From a bacterium (GTDB taxonomy: Bacteria; Zhuqueibacterota; Zhuqueibacteria; Residuimicrobiales; Krinioviventaceae): 64,000 bases of DNA. The stretch is taken from assembly GCA_963674595.2 (NCBI GenBank), contig CAXXFV010000029.1, positions 128,001 through 192,000 on the forward strand, written 5' to 3'. Shown here one piece after another: positions 62,997 to 64,000 of the stretch (position 1 is its first letter; each line of letters opens with the position of its first letter). The notes under the pieces were generated by a model that did not search any database, was not told the DNA's origin, and saw only the letters and a list, made by a program, of their open reading frames with translations. Position numbers and translations under genes: made by a program.

Positions 62997-63028
62997 ACCA
63001 CCTACGGCGCATTCGCACTTTCAGTGGT
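62997..63028 (+). ncRNA. Candidate DUF3800-associated RNA hairpin
   Basis: ACCAC...GTGGT outer stem, GCG-CATT-CGC inner stem, GC-rich in AT-rich context, 4 bp after the DUF3800 stop. Confidence 0.4.
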
Positions 63029-63192
63029 TCATTAAAATTATAATAAAATTAATTATAAAAGTCAAGTATTTTACCAGGTAATGATAATTAATTTTTTATG
63101 CATCAGGAATGCTACCAAGGAAGCAATTAGCCGGGGGTTCCGGTCTGTGGGGATAAAAAAACAGTGGCTGGTCTTTATTAGCATCCCTCAGC

Positions 63193-63302
63193 AGCCTTTC
63201 GCCTCCGCTCGGAATGACGGATAGACAAACCTCAAGCGGACGCTGAGCGCGGTCGAAGCGGAATCAAAGCGGTGTCACCCTGAGCGGAGTCGAAGGGTGA
63301 CA
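63193..63302. repeat. Cluster of REP-like hairpins (CTGAGCG...TCGAAG family)
   Basis: CGCTGAGCGCGGTCGAAGCG, TGTCACCCTGAGCGGAGTCGAAGGGTGACA and inverted CTTTCGCCTCCGCTCGGAATGAC. Confidence 0.75.
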
Positions 63303-63399
63303 AAAAAAGGACGGTTCTACCGCGCCATTAAAAGATCGATAAATACAACTAAACGATGCAGCAAAACGGCACACTGACTATTAAAAAAGGAATACATCC

Positions 63400-64000
63400 A
63401 TGAAAATTATAAGAATTGCTATTTTTGTTTTTACACTCTTTTCTATTTCATACGGACAAGATTCATTAAAAAATTCAATTACAACGTTTGGCACAGTTCA
63501 ATTAAACATTCCGGCGGATTATGCGCAAGTGTCTTTTATCATTAATGCAAATGGATCAACATTAAGAGAAGCTGTTGACAAGGCGAAAAAAGTAGTCCAG
63601 TCAATTACCACTGATTTATTTGAAATGGGTCTAAGCAAGAATAGTATTTCCACAACTCACTTTTATAGCGGTGAAAATTTCGGGGGAAAATCTTTTTTTA
63701 CATCTAAAAATGACTATAAAACAGAGATAACTACTTTTGTTAGAGTTGACAGTCTTGATATTTTGGAGGATGTTGTATTAAAAATAAGCGATCATAAACC
63801 GGACGAAATATCAGATATATCATTTCAACTAAATAATCCGGAAAATTATAAAATGAAGGCTATAAATGAAGCAATTAAAAAAGCAAAACAAAAAGCAATT
63901 ATACTGGCAAAAGAAATGGATGTAGAAATTGACAAACCGATAAAAATCAAAGAGCTATTCGTGTCACAAGAAGCAAATTACAATTTTCGTGGACAAAGGA
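63400..64000 (+). CDS. SIMPL (DUF541) domain protein, truncated by window end
   Basis: Manual translation: signal peptide, ITTFG...IPAD.A.V, ISFQL, A..EAIKKAKQKA..LA motifs; not in ORF track. Confidence 0.85.
   Translation, partial: MKIIRIAIFVFTLFSISYGQDSLKNSITTFGTVQLNIPADYAQVSFIINANGSTLREAVDKAKKVVQSITTDLFEMGLSKNSISTTHFYSGENFGGKSFFTSKNDYKTEITTFVRVDSLDILEDVVLKISDHKPDEISDISFQLNNPENYKMKAINEAIKKAKQKAIILAKEMDVEIDKPIKIKELFVSQEANYNFRGQR

Noticed and set aside
56990-64000. Integron cassette array
   Set aside because: No tyrosine integrase and no convincing RYYYAAC...GTTRRRY attC sites found by eye

Overview
Chromosomal window from a Gram-negative bacterium, probably FCB-group (KSB1/Calditrichota-like by inference, from a PorV/PorQ-type gene and proteins ending in T9SS-type/FlgD-Ig tails). 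Bases 1-36.2 kb are a minus-strand core block: mtnA start, waaA, panCB, tRNA-Thr(CGT), yraN, rnhB, comEC, coaE, lptE, a sigma-54 activator, an epimerase, purD and uvrB. This block also holds a membrane pseudokinase-PEGA / 3310-aa secreted protein / TPR-PEGA trio and a large S8 protease. Bases 36.3-42.6 kb carry a GHL10 hydrolase, a USP, a cupin and an SSS transporter followed by three small membrane proteins. The most unusual feature is at 42.6-46.4 kb: a non-coding tandem array of six ~279-bp mosaic units with REP/dRS3-like heads and an orphan seventh copy. Together with a duplicated 53-bp motif, these repeats lie next to two AT-rich exported-protein genes. Bases 46.6-56.7 kb hold an esterase, GntP, a HEPN-MNT pair, two DapA-family enzymes, an HI0933 flavoprotein and typA. 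Bases 57-64 kb form an AT-rich accessory island with an intact IS3-family element, a REP-flanked RAYT, a DUF3800 gene with a downstream hairpin and a SIMPL gene. All family calls are from motif recognition by eye; no database searches were run.
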